A stretch of DNA of 61,467 nt from Candidatus Methylomirabilota bacterium (GTDB lineage: Bacteria > Methylomirabilota > Methylomirabilia > Rokubacteriales > CSP1-6). Location: the NCBI GenBank assembly GCA_046723845.1, contig JBKOVG010000056.1, positions 1 to 61,467 on the forward strand, read 5' to 3'. The position numbers and the translations under genes are program-made. Shown one piece after another: positions 9,299 through 19,076 of the stretch (its first letter is position 1; every line of letters starts with the position of its first letter). The notes beneath the pieces are model-generated. The model was not told where the DNA came from. It ran no database searches and saw nothing but the letters and a program-made list of their open reading frames with translations.

Positions 9299-9570
9299 CG
9301 GGTCAACTTACTTCACCAGATCGACTCAGTTCTCGGTCGGCCGCAGCCCTCGACGTACGATCCACTCAGCCCTCGCCTCGGGGCAAGGCCTCTCGGCTCG
9401 AACGATCTATTCAGCCCTCGCCTCGGGGCAGGGCCTCTCGGCTCGAACGATCTATTCAGCCCTCGCCTCGTGGCAAGGCCTCTCGGCTCGAACGGCCACG
9501 TACGCCTCGGGCCTGCGGCCTCCCTTGGGTCGTCTGGCTCGCAATGTGGCCCGCCACTCCGCGGGAGCGC
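9299..9570 (+). repeat. Mosaic intergenic repeat element, copy A1
   Basis: It fills the gap between the permease stop and the ppiD-like start. It shares long blocks with the reverse complement of 33685-33866: 'caacttacttcaccagatcgactcag', 'ttctcggtcggccgcagccctcgacgta' and 'tacgcctcgggcctgcggcctccct..ggtcgtctggctcgcaat.tggc'. A long-range inverted repeat pairs 9339-9357 with 9501-9520. Confidence 0.7.
9366..9494 (+). repeat. 45-bp direct tandem repeat, about 2.9 copies, inside element A1
   Basis: Units 9366-9410, 9411-9455 and 9456-9494 read 'tcagccctcgcctcggggcaaggcctctcggctcgaacgatctat' with 1-2 substitutions. They are contiguous, with no spacers. Confidence 0.9.
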
Positions 9571-9675
9571 GCGCGATGTCAGGCAGGACGGCGGCAGGCG
9601 CCGTCGTCTCTCCGGGGGGCTGTGGTAGGCTAGGACTCTGCCGCGACGACGGTCGACTCTTCCAAGGAGGCCCGG

Positions 9676-11589
9676 GTGCTGATCGGAGCCATGCGCGAGT
9701 ACTTCAGGGGGCTGAAGCTCATCCTCCTGTTCGTGATCGTCGCCTTCATCGCCACCTCCTTCCTCTACTTCGGCTCCGACACCCTGCGCATGGGCAATGC
9801 GCGCTCCAACGCCGTCGCCTCCGTCAACGGCGAGGAAATTCCTCCCGCGCGCTTCCAGCGTGTGCAGCGCAATTACATCGAGTACTACCGGCGCGCCTAC
9901 CAGCAGAACATCACGCCGGAGATGGCGGAGCGTCTCGGCCTCACCCAGCAGGTGATCAACGATCTCATCCAGGAGACCCTCGTCCTCCAGCAGGCAAAGC
10001 GCGAGGGCATCACGGTGAGTGACGACGAGCTGCGGCTGCGCATCCAGTCCATTCCCGCCTTCCAGGAGGAGGGACGTTTCTCGCGGGAGCGCTATCTCAC
10101 CCAGCTCCGGCAGGCGCGCATCGAGCCCTCGGAGTTCGAGAACGAGGTGCGCCGCGAGATGCTGCGCCAGAAGATGGAGTCGATCGTCAAGGAGGGCATC
10201 AAGGTCTCCGACGCCGAGGTGGAGCAGGTCTACAACGCCCGCTACGAGCGCGTGCGGGCCGACTGGGCCTTCGCGGAGACCGCGCCCCTCCTCGCCCACA
10301 TCACGGTGTCCGACGCCGACGCCGAGGCGTATCTCAAGAGCCACGAGGCGCTCTTCAGCCGGCCCGAGCGTCGGCGCATCCAGTACGTGTTCATCACGCC
10401 CAAGGCTTTCACCCCTGCGGTGACCGACGCGGACGCCGAGGCCTACTACAAGGAGCATCGCGCGGAGTTCGAGCGGCCGCAGCGCTTCCACGCCGCACAC
10501 ATCCTGGTGCGGGTGCCTCCTACCGGGGGCAGCGAGGCGGAGAACAAGTCGAAGGCCACCGTCGAGGCGGCGATCCGCCGCGCCAAGGCGGGGGAGGACT
10601 TCGGCAAGCTCGCCAAGGAGCTGTCCGAGGACACCGCCACCGCCTCCCAGAGCGGCGACCTCGGTTTCGTGGGCAAGGGCGAGATGGTGCCCCAGTTCGA
10701 GGAGGCGGTGTTCGCGCTGAAGAAGGGTGAGGTCTCCCCGCAGCCCGTGCGCACGCCGTTTGGCTATCACGCCATCAAGGTCATCGACATCCAGGAAGGC
10801 GGGCTCCAGCCCTTCCGGGAGATCGCGGTCAAGATCAAAGACAGGCTCGCCGCCGAGCGGAGCGAGCGCGCAGCCCAGACCAGGGCCGACGAGGCGCGCA
10901 CCGCCCTCCTCGCCGCCAAGGACTTCTCCGTGGAGGCGAAGAAGCTGGGCCTCGACGTGAAGGACACCACTGTCGCCCGCGGTGATGGCCTCGAGGGCAT
11001 CGGCCGCGATCAGCAGCTCGAGGACACGATGTTCGGCCTGGCCATGGGCGGCGTGTCGCCCGTGATCAAGACCGCGGGCGGTCTCGTCATCGCCCGCGTG
11101 GTCGAGCAGTTGCCTGCGGGCGTGCCGTCTTTCGCGGATATCAAGGACAAGGTAGTGGAAGCGGTGAAGCGCGAGCGGGCGCAGACCGCCGCGGAGGAGC
11201 GCGCCAAGGCCTTCGCGGCGAGCGTGGGCAGCGGCGACTTCCTCGGCGCGGCCCGCCGCGACAAGCTCCAGACCGGCGAGACGCCGCTCTTCTCGAGGGC
11301 CGAGCCGCCCAAGGACAAGGAAGCGCTGCCCGGGCCCGTGCTCCTCGCCGCCCTCCGCACCGCGGTGGGCGCCCTCTCCGATCCCATCCGAACGCCGAGC
11401 GGGGTGTACGTGATCAAGACGGTGGAGCGCCAGCCCGCCGATCTCCAGGGCTTCGCCAAAATGCGCGACGAGATGCGCACGCAGCTCCTCGAGTCGAAGC
11501 GCAACGAAGCGTGGGCGCGGTGGATCAAGGGGCTCTACACGGGCGCCCAGGTCAAGATCCAGGGCGAGACCGTCCCGGTCGAGCGGTAA
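9676..11589 (+). CDS. ppiD: Periplasmic chaperone / peptidyl-prolyl isomerase, PpiD-like (SurA_N + parvulin domain)
   Basis: N-terminal membrane anchor '[20 protein letters not shown]' is followed by the parvulin block 'AAHILVR...[50 protein letters not shown]'. Confidence 0.7.
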   Translation: MLIGAMREYFRGLKLILLFVIVAFIATSFLYFGSDTLRMGNARSNAVASVNGEEIPPARFQRVQRNYIEYYRRAYQQNITPEMAERLGLTQQVINDLIQETLVLQQAKREGITVSDDELRLRIQSIPAFQEEGRFSRERYLTQLRQARIEPSEFENEVRREMLRQKMESIVKEGIKVSDAEVEQVYNARYERVRADWAFAETAPLLAHITVSDADAEAYLKSHEALFSRPERRRIQYVFITPKAFTPAVTDADAEAYYKEHRAEFERPQRFHAAHILVRVPPTGGSEAENKSKATVEAAIRRAKAGEDFGKLAKELSEDTATASQSGDLGFVGKGEMVPQFEEAVFALKKGEVSPQPVRTPFGYHAIKVIDIQEGGLQPFREIAVKIKDRLAAERSERAAQTRADEARTALLAAKDFSVEAKKLGLDVKDTTVARGDGLEGIGRDQQLEDTMFGLAMGGVSPVIKTAGGLVIARVVEQLPAGVPSFADIKDKVVEAVKRERAQTAAEERAKAFAASVGSGDFLGAARRDKLQTGETPLFSRAEPPKDKEALPGPVLLAALRTAVGALSDPIRTPSGVYVIKTVERQPADLQGFAKMRDEMRTQLLESKRNEAWARWIKGLYTGAQVKIQGETVPVER

Positions 11590-12077
11590 TGGCCATCCAG
11601 CGCACGCCCATGACGCGCGAGGGACACAACCGTCTTAAGGAGGAGCTCGATCGCCTCAAGCGCGTCGAGCGTCCCGCCATCACCCGCGCCATCGCCGAGG
11701 CGCGGGCCCACGGAGACCTCTCCGAGAATGCGGAGTATCACGCCGCGCGCGAGAAGCAGAGCTTCATCGAGGCGCGCATCGCCGATTTGGAGGGCAAGGT
11801 GGGAGCGGCGGAGGTGATCGAGCCGCCGACCTCAGGCGATCGCGTCACCTTCGGGTCCACCGTGCGCCTGGAGGACGAGGCGGGCAAGGAGACGCGCTAC
11901 CAGATCGTGGGCTCGGAGGAGGCCGATCCCGCGAACGGCCGCATCTCCATCATGGCGCCGCTCGCGCGCACGCTGATCGGCAAGAAGGTCGGCGATACGG
12001 TGATCGCGCAGCTCCCGGGAGGCAAGAAGACCTTCGAGATCCTCGAAGCGAACTTCCCCTGGGCGGAGCAGGCCTAG
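11589..12077 (+). CDS. greA: Transcription elongation factor GreA
   Basis: The internal Met at 11589 overlaps the ppiD-like stop (TAATG). '[17 protein letters not shown]...[37 protein letters not shown]' is canonical GreA. Confidence 0.9.
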   Translation: MAIQRTPMTREGHNRLKEELDRLKRVERPAITRAIAEARAHGDLSENAEYHAAREKQSFIEARIADLEGKVGAAEVIEPPTSGDRVTFGSTVRLEDEAGKETRYQIVGSEEADPANGRISIMAPLARTLIGKKVGDTVIAQLPGGKKTFEILEANFPWAEQA

Positions 12078-12083
12078 CCGGCG

Positions 12084-13214
12084 CTAGCGGAGCGCGTCGC
12101 GCAGTTCGCGGGTGAGCGCTTCCACGGTACCCCGCGTGCCGCCCTGCAGCTTGCTCTTCCACTCCCCCTCGGTCTCGAAGCGGCGATCCTTGAGACGCTC
12201 GCCCCACGAAGCCACCGCCGCGCGAATCGCGTTGTGGTCGTAGGCATCGCGCTTGAGCTCGCGCGCCCGCGCCATGACGTCGGGAGCGACCCGGATGAAG
12301 GCGCGCAGGGCGGAGCCGGTCTTGATCGAGTACTTCCGCCCCGCCCACGCGGTGGGGAAGACCCCCGCCACCGCCTTCATGTAGTTGAGGAAGAAGCGCT
12401 TGGCGTTCTGGCGGAGCTCGTTGGTGCGGGCGCCGCCCCCGATCTTCTCCACCGTCTCGAAGAAGTCCACGATCTCCTCGGCCAGCGGGGCCTGGGAGAC
12501 GCGGCCGTGCCCGGTGCCGAGCATCTTGATCTCGCCCGCGAGTGGCGAGGTGTCGTCCTCGTTCAGCGAGCGGATCACGTCGTGGGCCAGGGCCTGGTTC
12601 GGATCGGGGTAGAGCTTGCGCCCGGCCAGGCTCACGATGTGGGACGGGTTGAGCCGCGTGTGCTTGGCGTTGATGGTGACGAAGAGCTCCACGGTCTGGC
12701 GGGCGTCCAGCCGGTCGAAGAGCACCGCGGGCACCTCGATGCCGAGGTTCTCGCCCGCCTGGGTCAGCGCGTGCAGCGCGAGGAGCCGGTGCTGGCCATC
12801 GAGGACTCGCAAGACACCGTGCTCCTCGGGGATCTGGAGCAGGCCGAGGTCGTGCTGGCTCGCCATGGGCGTGAACGTGAAGCGCTTCTCGGAAGTGATG
12901 ATGACCGCGCCCGGGATGGCGGGGAGGGTGCCCGCGTCCTTGCAGTCACGGTAGTAGCCGACGAGTTCGTCGATCTTTCGGCGGATGACCGGGCGCTGGT
13001 AGGCCGCCTCGCTCTCGCCGATACGCTTCTCGAGGGCCTCCCAGTTGACGCGCGACCGATTGCTACGCTTGCTCTTCGCCGGTGGGGCCGCCGCTGCGCC
13101 CGCGTAGCCTAGGACCTCGAACTTGACCAGGCGATCGATGTCCTTGGCCGAAAAGGAAGCCTGGAAGAACTCCACGCCGAACTGCTTCACGCGGTGCGCA
13201 GGAACGGTGATCAT
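12084..13214 (-). CDS. DGQHR-domain protein (DndB-like, ParB/Srx-fold superfamily); solitary
   Basis: It has the eponymous motif 'VLDGQHRLLAL', then 'VELFVTINAKHTRLNPSHI'. At 376 aa it is DndB-sized. The RBS is GGAGGA upstream of the ATG at 13214. No dndACDE-like genes are present in the window. Confidence 0.75.
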   Translation of the reverse strand: MITVPAHRVKQFGVEFFQASFSAKDIDRLVKFEVLGYAGAAAAPPAKSKRSNRSRVNWEALEKRIGESEAAYQRPVIRRKIDELVGYYRDCKDAGTLPAIPGAVIITSEKRFTFTPMASQHDLGLLQIPEEHGVLRVLDGQHRLLALHALTQAGENLGIEVPAVLFDRLDARQTVELFVTINAKHTRLNPSHIVSLAGRKLYPDPNQALAHDVIRSLNEDDTSPLAGEIKMLGTGHGRVSQAPLAEEIVDFFETVEKIGGGARTNELRQNAKRFFLNYMKAVAGVFPTAWAGRKYSIKTGSALRAFIRVAPDVMARARELKRDAYDHNAIRAAVASWGERLKDRRFETEGEWKSKLQGGTRGTVEALTRELRDALR

Positions 13215-13249
13215 CAGCTTCCTCCACCTTTCCGATGAGCTCGGCGGCT

Positions 13250-13278
13250 ACTGTAATCGATGGATAAACCCCTGTCAA
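13250..13278 (-). promoter_or_regulatory. Predicted sigma70-type promoter for the DGQHR gene
   Basis: The minus strand reads TTGACA (13278-13273), a 17-nt spacer, then TACAGT (13255-13250). This lies about 35 nt upstream of the start codon. Confidence 0.5.
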
Positions 13279-13463
13279 CATTTACCTTTTTCGGTACTGC
13301 CCAGCCTGGGATACACCCCACATGGTGTGTCTCGAGAGGAGCTTATCCACAATATGTGGGCAACCTGGGGACTAGTCAGATAACCTAAGCAGACTGCGCA
13401 GGCAGGCAGTGAGCAAAGAGCCTGAATTTGAAGCAGAATCCGCGGGTCTGGAGGTGCGACATC

Positions 13464-13922
13464 ATGTCGGATGAACGGTCACTCAGTGAGCTCGCGGATC
13501 GCACAGCGGTGAGTGACGTGGTTCTCACGTTCGCGCGATCACTGGATCTGAAGGACTGGGCAGGCTGTCGCCGCTGCTTCCTCGACGAGATCGAGACCGA
13601 CTACGCCGATCTCCGCGGCGAGCCGCCCGCGAGCACGTCAGCCGACGACTTCGTGGCCAAGCGCCGCGGCGCCCTCGCGCACCTGAAGACCCTCCACCTC
13701 AGCACCAACCACCAGGTCACCGTGGAGGGGGACACGGCCATCTGCGTCTCCGTAGCTGTGATCCACCGTCTCCGCCCCGAGGATGGCGAGCGCTTCGACA
13801 CCTACTGCGGCTACTCCCACACGCTGCGCCGCACCTCCTCGGGCTGGAAGATCGCCAAGGTCAAGCAGACCGTCCACTGGAACACCGGCAACCCCGCCAT
13901 CCACCAGGGCGCCCGGCGATAG
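13464..13922 (+). CDS. SnoaL-like / NTF2-fold protein
   Basis: The internal Met starts 'MSDERSLSELADRTAVSDVVLTFARSLDLKDW'. The size and pattern are typical of SnoaL_4-type proteins. Confidence 0.6.
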   Translation: MSDERSLSELADRTAVSDVVLTFARSLDLKDWAGCRRCFLDEIETDYADLRGEPPASTSADDFVAKRRGALAHLKTLHLSTNHQVTVEGDTAICVSVAVIHRLRPEDGERFDTYCGYSHTLRRTSSGWKIAKVKQTVHWNTGNPAIHQGARR

Positions 13923-13949
13923 CCCAACCGACGCTCGTCCTCGAGCGGA

Positions 13950-15638
13950 CTAGCGTCCCGCGCGCAGGAAATCGAAGTCGCAGCCGAAGTCGGCCTGCAG
14001 CACGTGATCCATGTAGAGCTTGCGATAGCCACGCTCGGGCACCGTGGCCGGCCGCCACGCTGCGCGCCGCCGCGCCAGCTCCGCCTCGTCCACGAGCAGA
14101 TCGAGCGTGCGCTCCTTCACGCTCATCCGGATACGATCGCCCGTGACCACCAGCGCGAGCGGTCCTCCCACTGCGGCCTCCGGCGTCACGTGGAGCACGA
14201 TGGTGCCGAAGGCCGTGCCGCTCATCCGCGCGTCCGAGATGCGCACCATGTCCTTCACTCCTGCGCGCAGGAGCTTCTGCGGAATCGGCAGGTAGCCCGC
14301 CTCGGGCATGCCGGGGCCGCCCTTTGGCCCCGCGTTCTTCAGGACGAGGATGCTCTCGGGCGTGACGGGGAGCGCGGGATCGTCGATGCGCGCCGACAGG
14401 TCCTCGAGCGAATCGAATACCACCGCGGCCGCCTCCGTCTCGAAGAGCCGCGCGTCGGCGGCCGAGCGCTTCAGGATGGCGCCGCCGGGAGCGAGGGTGC
14501 CGAAGAGCGCCACCAGGCCGCCCACGGAGAGGATGGGCTCGTGTCGCGTGCGGATCACCGAGTGGTCGACATAGCGAGGAGCGGCGTCAAGCCGGGCGCC
14601 CAGCGTCTCCCCTGTCACCGTGAGGCAGTCGAGATGCAGCTGCGGCCGCAGCTCTGCCAGCACCGCGCCCAGCCCTCCCGCGTTGAAGAAGTCCTCCATG
14701 TAGAAATCACCCGAGGGCTTGAGATCCACGACCACGGGCGTCTCGTCCGAGATGACGTTGAGCCGCGTGAGCGAGATGGGCACGCCAGCCCGGCCCGCGA
14801 TGGCCGTGAGGTGAATGATGGCGTTGGTGGATCCGCCGATGGCGAGCAGCACGCGCAGGGCGTTCTCGAAGGCCTGCGGCGTGAGGATGCGGTCGGGCGT
14901 GAGCCGGTCTGCGGCCAGCCTCACCGCCGCTTCCCCGGTGGCCTCGGCGGCGCGCAGCCGATCCGCGTGGACCGCGGGAATCGCCGCGGTGCCGGGCAGC
15001 ATCATGCCGAGCGTCTCCGCGATGCACGCCATGGTGCTGGCCGTGCCCATCACCGCGCAGGTGCCCGCGGTGGTGGCGAGCCGGCCCTCCACGCCGTCGA
15101 TCTCGTCCTTGGAGATCTGTCCCGCTCGGTAGCGTCCCCAGAAGCGCCGGCAGTCCGTGCAGGCGCCGAGTCGCTCGCCCTCCCAGCGTCCGGTCATCAT
15201 GGGCCCGGCCACGAGTTGTATGGCGGGCACGCCCGCGGAGGCAGCGCCCATGAGCTGGGCAGGCACCGTCTTGTCGCAGCCGCCCACCAGCACCACTGCG
15301 TCCATGGGCTGGGCCCGCACCATCTCCTCCACGTCCATGGACATGAGATTCCGGTACAGCATGCTCGTGGGCTCGAGGAATACCTCGCCGAGCGAGACGG
15401 TGGGGAAGTCGATGGGCAGGCCGCCCGCCGCCGACACGCCGCGCTTGACCGCGTCGATCAGCTCGGGGAAGTGGCGGTGGCAGTTGTTGAAGCCACTGCC
15501 GGAGTTCGCGATCCCCACCACCGGCTTGGCGAGGCTCGCCGTCGAGTAGCCCATGGAGCGCGCGAAGGAGCGGCGCAGGTAGAGGGCGAAGTCCCGATCG
15601 CCGTAGTTGGTCAGTCCGCGAGAGAGTCCGTGGTCCAT
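13950..15638 (-). CDS. IlvD/Edd-family dehydratase (sugar-acid / dihydroxy-acid dehydratase)
   Basis: 562 aa with 'GIANSGSGFNNCHRHF', 'VLVGGCDKTVPA' and 'ARMSGTAFGTIVLHVTPEAAVGGPLA'. Confidence 0.85.
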   Translation of the reverse strand: MDHGLSRGLTNYGDRDFALYLRRSFARSMGYSTASLAKPVVGIANSGSGFNNCHRHFPELIDAVKRGVSAAGGLPIDFPTVSLGEVFLEPTSMLYRNLMSMDVEEMVRAQPMDAVVLVGGCDKTVPAQLMGAASAGVPAIQLVAGPMMTGRWEGERLGACTDCRRFWGRYRAGQISKDEIDGVEGRLATTAGTCAVMGTASTMACIAETLGMMLPGTAAIPAVHADRLRAAEATGEAAVRLAADRLTPDRILTPQAFENALRVLLAIGGSTNAIIHLTAIAGRAGVPISLTRLNVISDETPVVVDLKPSGDFYMEDFFNAGGLGAVLAELRPQLHLDCLTVTGETLGARLDAAPRYVDHSVIRTRHEPILSVGGLVALFGTLAPGGAILKRSAADARLFETEAAAVVFDSLEDLSARIDDPALPVTPESILVLKNAGPKGGPGMPEAGYLPIPQKLLRAGVKDMVRISDARMSGTAFGTIVLHVTPEAAVGGPLALVVTGDRIRMSVKERTLDLLVDEAELARRRAAWRPATVPERGYRKLYMDHVLQADFGCDFDFLRAGR

Positions 15639-15650
15639 GATTCCACTCCG

Positions 15651-16217
15651 TCAGATGAGGCCGGCGGCGCCCGCGAGGGCGCCGAGGCCGAAGAGGAAGA
15701 AGAGAGCGGCCGCGACGCGGCGCCACCAGCCCAGCGGCATGAGGCGGTGCAGCTTCATCGCGGCCAGCACCGCGAGACCGTCGGCGGCAAGCATGCCGAG
15801 GGTGGTGCCCGCGGTGACCTGGATCGCCGAAGCGTAGCGCGCGCCCAGGGCCACCGTGGCGAGCTGCGTCTTGTCGCCCATCTCCGCAAGGAAGAAGATC
15901 ACGCAGGTCGAGGCGAGCGCGCCCCAGCCGGGGCGCTCCCCCGGCTCCTCCGCGGTGTCGGGCAGGAGCGCCCAGATGCCGAATCCGATGAAGGTGAGCC
16001 CGAGGATCACGGCCAGCGTGCGCGGCGGCACGAGACGGGCCAGCCACACCCCGACGGTGGCGGCCAGCGCATGGTTGAGCACGGTGGCGAGGAGGATGCC
16101 CAGCATGACGATCCAGGGGCGCCGGTAGCGCGTGGCGAGCGAGAAAGCGATGAGCTGGGTCTTGTCGCCCATCTCTGCGAGCGCCACCACGGCGAACGAG
16201 CTCCACAACGCGGTCAT
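15651..16217 (-). CDS. GDT1/TMEM165 (UPF0016) family cation transporter
   Basis: It has two copies of the signature 'EMGDKTQL' in a six-helix membrane protein of 188 aa. Confidence 0.8.
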   Translation of the reverse strand: MTALWSSFAVVALAEMGDKTQLIAFSLATRYRRPWIVMLGILLATVLNHALAATVGVWLARLVPPRTLAVILGLTFIGFGIWALLPDTAEEPGERPGWGALASTCVIFFLAEMGDKTQLATVALGARYASAIQVTAGTTLGMLAADGLAVLAAMKLHRLMPLGWWRRVAAALFFLFGLGALAGAAGLI

Positions 16218-16250
16218 CGTGACGATGATACCGCGCGGACCGGACGCCGG

Positions 16251-17600
16251 TCAGGCGCGGGGCGCGAGGAGTGCGGTCAGGCGGCGAACCGTGTCGAGGG
16301 AGTCCGCCGTCCCTACCGTCTCCACCACCTCGCGGGCGCGCGGCTCGCTCAGGCGCTCAGCGGCGAGGGAGAGAAACTTCGCCACCACCTCTTCGGAGGC
16401 CACGGGATTGGCGGCATCGCCGCGCACCACGCCCGTGGTGTGCGAGAGGACGCGGCCATCGCGGAGCTCCACCTTCACGTGTGCGGTGGGATAGTCGGCG
16501 CGCTTGAGCGCCATCTCGTCGTCGGCGGCCACCTCGATGCGCTTGGCCATGGCGAGGATGCGCTGATCGTCGAGCTCGCACTCCTCGAAGGCGGCGGTGT
16601 CGGTGCGGCCGAGGACGAGGGCAGCCGCCACCGCGTAGGGAATGGAGAACTTGGCGCCGAGCATGGTGCGCGGCGCCGTCTCCAGCATGCGCAGGCCGAA
16701 GGGAATCGAGGTGACGTGCACGGTGGCCACGTCGTCTCCCGCGAAGCGGTGCTGGGCGCGAAGGGCCATCACCGCGTCGAGGGCCGGGTGATTCATGCGG
16801 CAGCAGGCGTGGAACTTGAAGTAGTTCTGCTCGATGCGGTAGCTCTCGCCGAGCCCGGCCATCGCCTCCTCCGGATCGAAGCGCTCCGCGAGAATCGTTC
16901 CGTAGACGTCGGAGGGCGCGTCGTCGAGGGCGGAGAAGCCGGCCTGGTGCAGATCCACGGCGAGAATGCCCTCGAGCCCTGAGCGCCCGGGATAGGCGTT
17001 GCGGATGGTGGCGCCCTCGAGGGCAGGCGTCCAGGTGTTGGCGGGGGTCATGGAGGCGGAGAGATTGATCACGTGGCGCATCTCGTCGGCGCGCAGCTCG
17101 TGGAGGCGCGCCACCGCCACCGCAGTGCTGATGGTCCCCCACGTGCCGTGCGAGTGCACGTTGGGCCTCGCTACGGTGGCGCCGCCGATGCGCGAGCCGA
17201 CCTCGTAGCCCGCGATCACCGCTTCGAGGAGCCGCGCGCCGCACAGGCCCAATTCCTCCGCGACGGCGAGCGCGGCGGGGATGACATGGATGGCGGGGTG
17301 GCCGCCGCCGAGCCGGTTGCCCTCGTCCATCTCGAGGGCCACCCCGGCCGCGGCGTTGGTGAAGGTGGCGAGCAGTGCGTCCGACTTGAGCCCGTGGCCG
17401 AGCAGCGTGCTGAGGCCGTGCGGCGAGCGCCGGGCGGCCAGGGCGGCCAGCCGCACGTTCTCGGGCTGCGCGCTGCCCGCCACCATAGCGCCGATGGTGT
17501 CGAGGAGGACGAGCTTGGCCGCCGCCACGGTGGACGACGGCAGGGAACCGAGCTTGATGTCGGTGGCGCAGGAGGCGAGACGGCCGAGGTAGTCCGTCAC
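16251..17600 (-). CDS. MmgE/PrpD-family protein
   Basis: The GTG start at 17600 overlaps the hydantoinase stop by 4 nt (GTGA). 'LVLLDTIGAMVAGS' and 'HACCRMNHPALDAV' are present, and the length (449 aa) is typical of the PrpD fold. Confidence 0.8.
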   Translation of the reverse strand: MTDYLGRLASCATDIKLGSLPSSTVAAAKLVLLDTIGAMVAGSAQPENVRLAALAARRSPHGLSTLLGHGLKSDALLATFTNAAAGVALEMDEGNRLGGGHPAIHVIPAALAVAEELGLCGARLLEAVIAGYEVGSRIGGATVARPNVHSHGTWGTISTAVAVARLHELRADEMRHVINLSASMTPANTWTPALEGATIRNAYPGRSGLEGILAVDLHQAGFSALDDAPSDVYGTILAERFDPEEAMAGLGESYRIEQNYFKFHACCRMNHPALDAVMALRAQHRFAGDDVATVHVTSIPFGLRMLETAPRTMLGAKFSIPYAVAAALVLGRTDTAAFEECELDDQRILAMAKRIEVAADDEMALKRADYPTAHVKVELRDGRVLSHTTGVVRGDAANPVASEEVVAKFLSLAAERLSEPRAREVVETVGTADSLDTVRRLTALLAPRA

Positions 17601-19015
17601 CGAACGGCTCCGGCAAGCGGCGCCATCGGGCTCGTGCGCGGGAGGAAGCGGCCGTTGCCCGGCTTCTGCTCGAGGGTGCCGCCGTTCAGGAGGACCTGGC
17701 CACGGAGCAGGGTCATCCACGGCCGCCCGCGCGCCGCCCAGCCCTCGTACGGCGTGAAGCCCGCGATGCCGAGATGCTGCTTCTGCTGGATGGTCCACGA
17801 GGGCGCGGGATCCCAGATGGTCAGGTCGGCGTCGGCGCCCACGCGCACCACGCCCTTGCGAGGATAGAGGCCGAAGATGCGCGCGGGGTTCTCCGCCATC
17901 ACGCGGGCCATCCACGTGACGGGTAGCCCCCGGTTGACTACGCCCTCGCTCCACATCAGGGGCACCAGCGTCTCCAGAGAGGGCGCGCCGAAGGGGATCG
18001 GCTTGCCCTCCTTGTCCACGAAGATGTTCGTCCGTCCCGGCTCCTTGGCCGCGGGCACGCGCGGCGAGTGGTCACTCGCCACGGTGGAGACGAAGCCCTG
18101 CTCCGAGCCCGCCCACAGCGCGGCTTGGTTGACGCCGTCCGCGGAGCGGAGGGGCGGGCCGATCTTGGCGAAGGGACCGAGGCGCACCATCTCCTTCTCG
18201 TTGAGGAGGAGATACTGCGGGCAGGTCTCCGCCCACACGCGCTGGCCCTCCGCCTGCGCGCGCTTGATGCGCTCGAGCCCGAGCTTGGTGGAGAGATGCA
18301 CGATGTAGACGGGGCACTCGGTGAGCTTGCCGATGAGGATGGCGCGGTTGATCGCCTCCTCTTCCGTCCAGTCGGGGCAGGTGGCGGGGAAGTCGGTGGG
18401 TGCGGTGCGGCCTTCCGCGATGGCCTTGTCCTCGAGGTAGCAGAGGATGTCGCCGTTCTCGCAGTGGAGCTGGCAGATCCCGCCCAGGCGCCCCAGGATG
18501 TCCATGGTCTTGGCGATGAATTCGTCGGAGACCATGCGCTTGGGCCGCTTCTTGTACGTCATGAAGAGCTTGAACGACGTCACGCCCATGCCGAAGGCTT
18601 CCGTGATGCCTTCCAGGATCTTCGGCTCGTGGTTGAGGATGAAGTGGAAGCCGAAGTCCAGCACGGAGAGCGACTCCGCCTCCTCGCGCAGCCGGGCTAC
18701 CGCCGCGGGGAGCGTTTCGCCTTCCTCGTAGACGACGAAGGGCAGGAGCGTGGTCAGCCCCGTGTGAGCGGCCGCCATGGCCGCCGTCTTCCAGTCGTCG
18801 TACTCCGCGCCGACATGGAGATGGCAGTCGATGAGCCCGGGCAGCACGAAGCGGCCGCTGGCATCGATGACGCGATCGGCGGGGGGGAGGAGATTCTCCG
18901 GGCCGATGGCGGCGATCTTGTCGCCCTTGATGGCCACCGCTGTCTCGACAATATCCGAGGCGGTGACGACCTTGCCTCCGCGAACGATGGTGTCGACGCG
19001 CGGCGTACTCGTCAT
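17597..19015 (-). CDS. D-hydantoinase / dihydropyrimidinase (cyclic amidohydrolase)
   Basis: Metal motif 'GLIDCHLHV', carbamylated-Lys context 'TSFKLFMTYK' and 'VASDHSP' are present in 472 aa. Confidence 0.85.
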   Translation of the reverse strand: MTSTPRVDTIVRGGKVVTASDIVETAVAIKGDKIAAIGPENLLPPADRVIDASGRFVLPGLIDCHLHVGAEYDDWKTAAMAAAHTGLTTLLPFVVYEEGETLPAAVARLREEAESLSVLDFGFHFILNHEPKILEGITEAFGMGVTSFKLFMTYKKRPKRMVSDEFIAKTMDILGRLGGICQLHCENGDILCYLEDKAIAEGRTAPTDFPATCPDWTEEEAINRAILIGKLTECPVYIVHLSTKLGLERIKRAQAEGQRVWAETCPQYLLLNEKEMVRLGPFAKIGPPLRSADGVNQAALWAGSEQGFVSTVASDHSPRVPAAKEPGRTNIFVDKEGKPIPFGAPSLETLVPLMWSEGVVNRGLPVTWMARVMAENPARIFGLYPRKGVVRVGADADLTIWDPAPSWTIQQKQHLGIAGFTPYEGWAARGRPWMTLLRGQVLLNGGTLEQKPGNGRFLPRTSPMAPLAGAVR

Positions 19016-19076
19016 TGCGAGATCTCCGGGTTGGGGGACGATGCGCAGCCGCCGGGCCTCTTCGGGCCTTCGGCTC

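Noticed and set aside
9366-9494. A possible CRISPR array, suggested by the regularly repeated 45-bp units.
   Set aside because: The units are directly contiguous with no unique spacers. There are only about 3 copies and no cas genes in the window. It is a tandem duplication inside a repeat element.
9295-9633. The 112-aa ORF 'MAGQLTSPDRLSSRSAAALDVRSTQPSPRGKASRLERSIQPSPRG...', considered as a repeat-containing protein.
   Set aside because: It is simply the translation of repeat element A1. The periodic 'QPSPRGKASRLERSI' reflects the 45-bp DNA repeat, and the same DNA occurs in the opposite orientation at 33685-33866.
13923-13949. The short hairpin 'cgctcg-tcct-cgagcg' between the convergent SnoaL-like and IlvD/Edd genes, considered as a terminator.
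   Set aside because: It has only a 6-bp stem and no U-tract on either strand. That is too weak to call.
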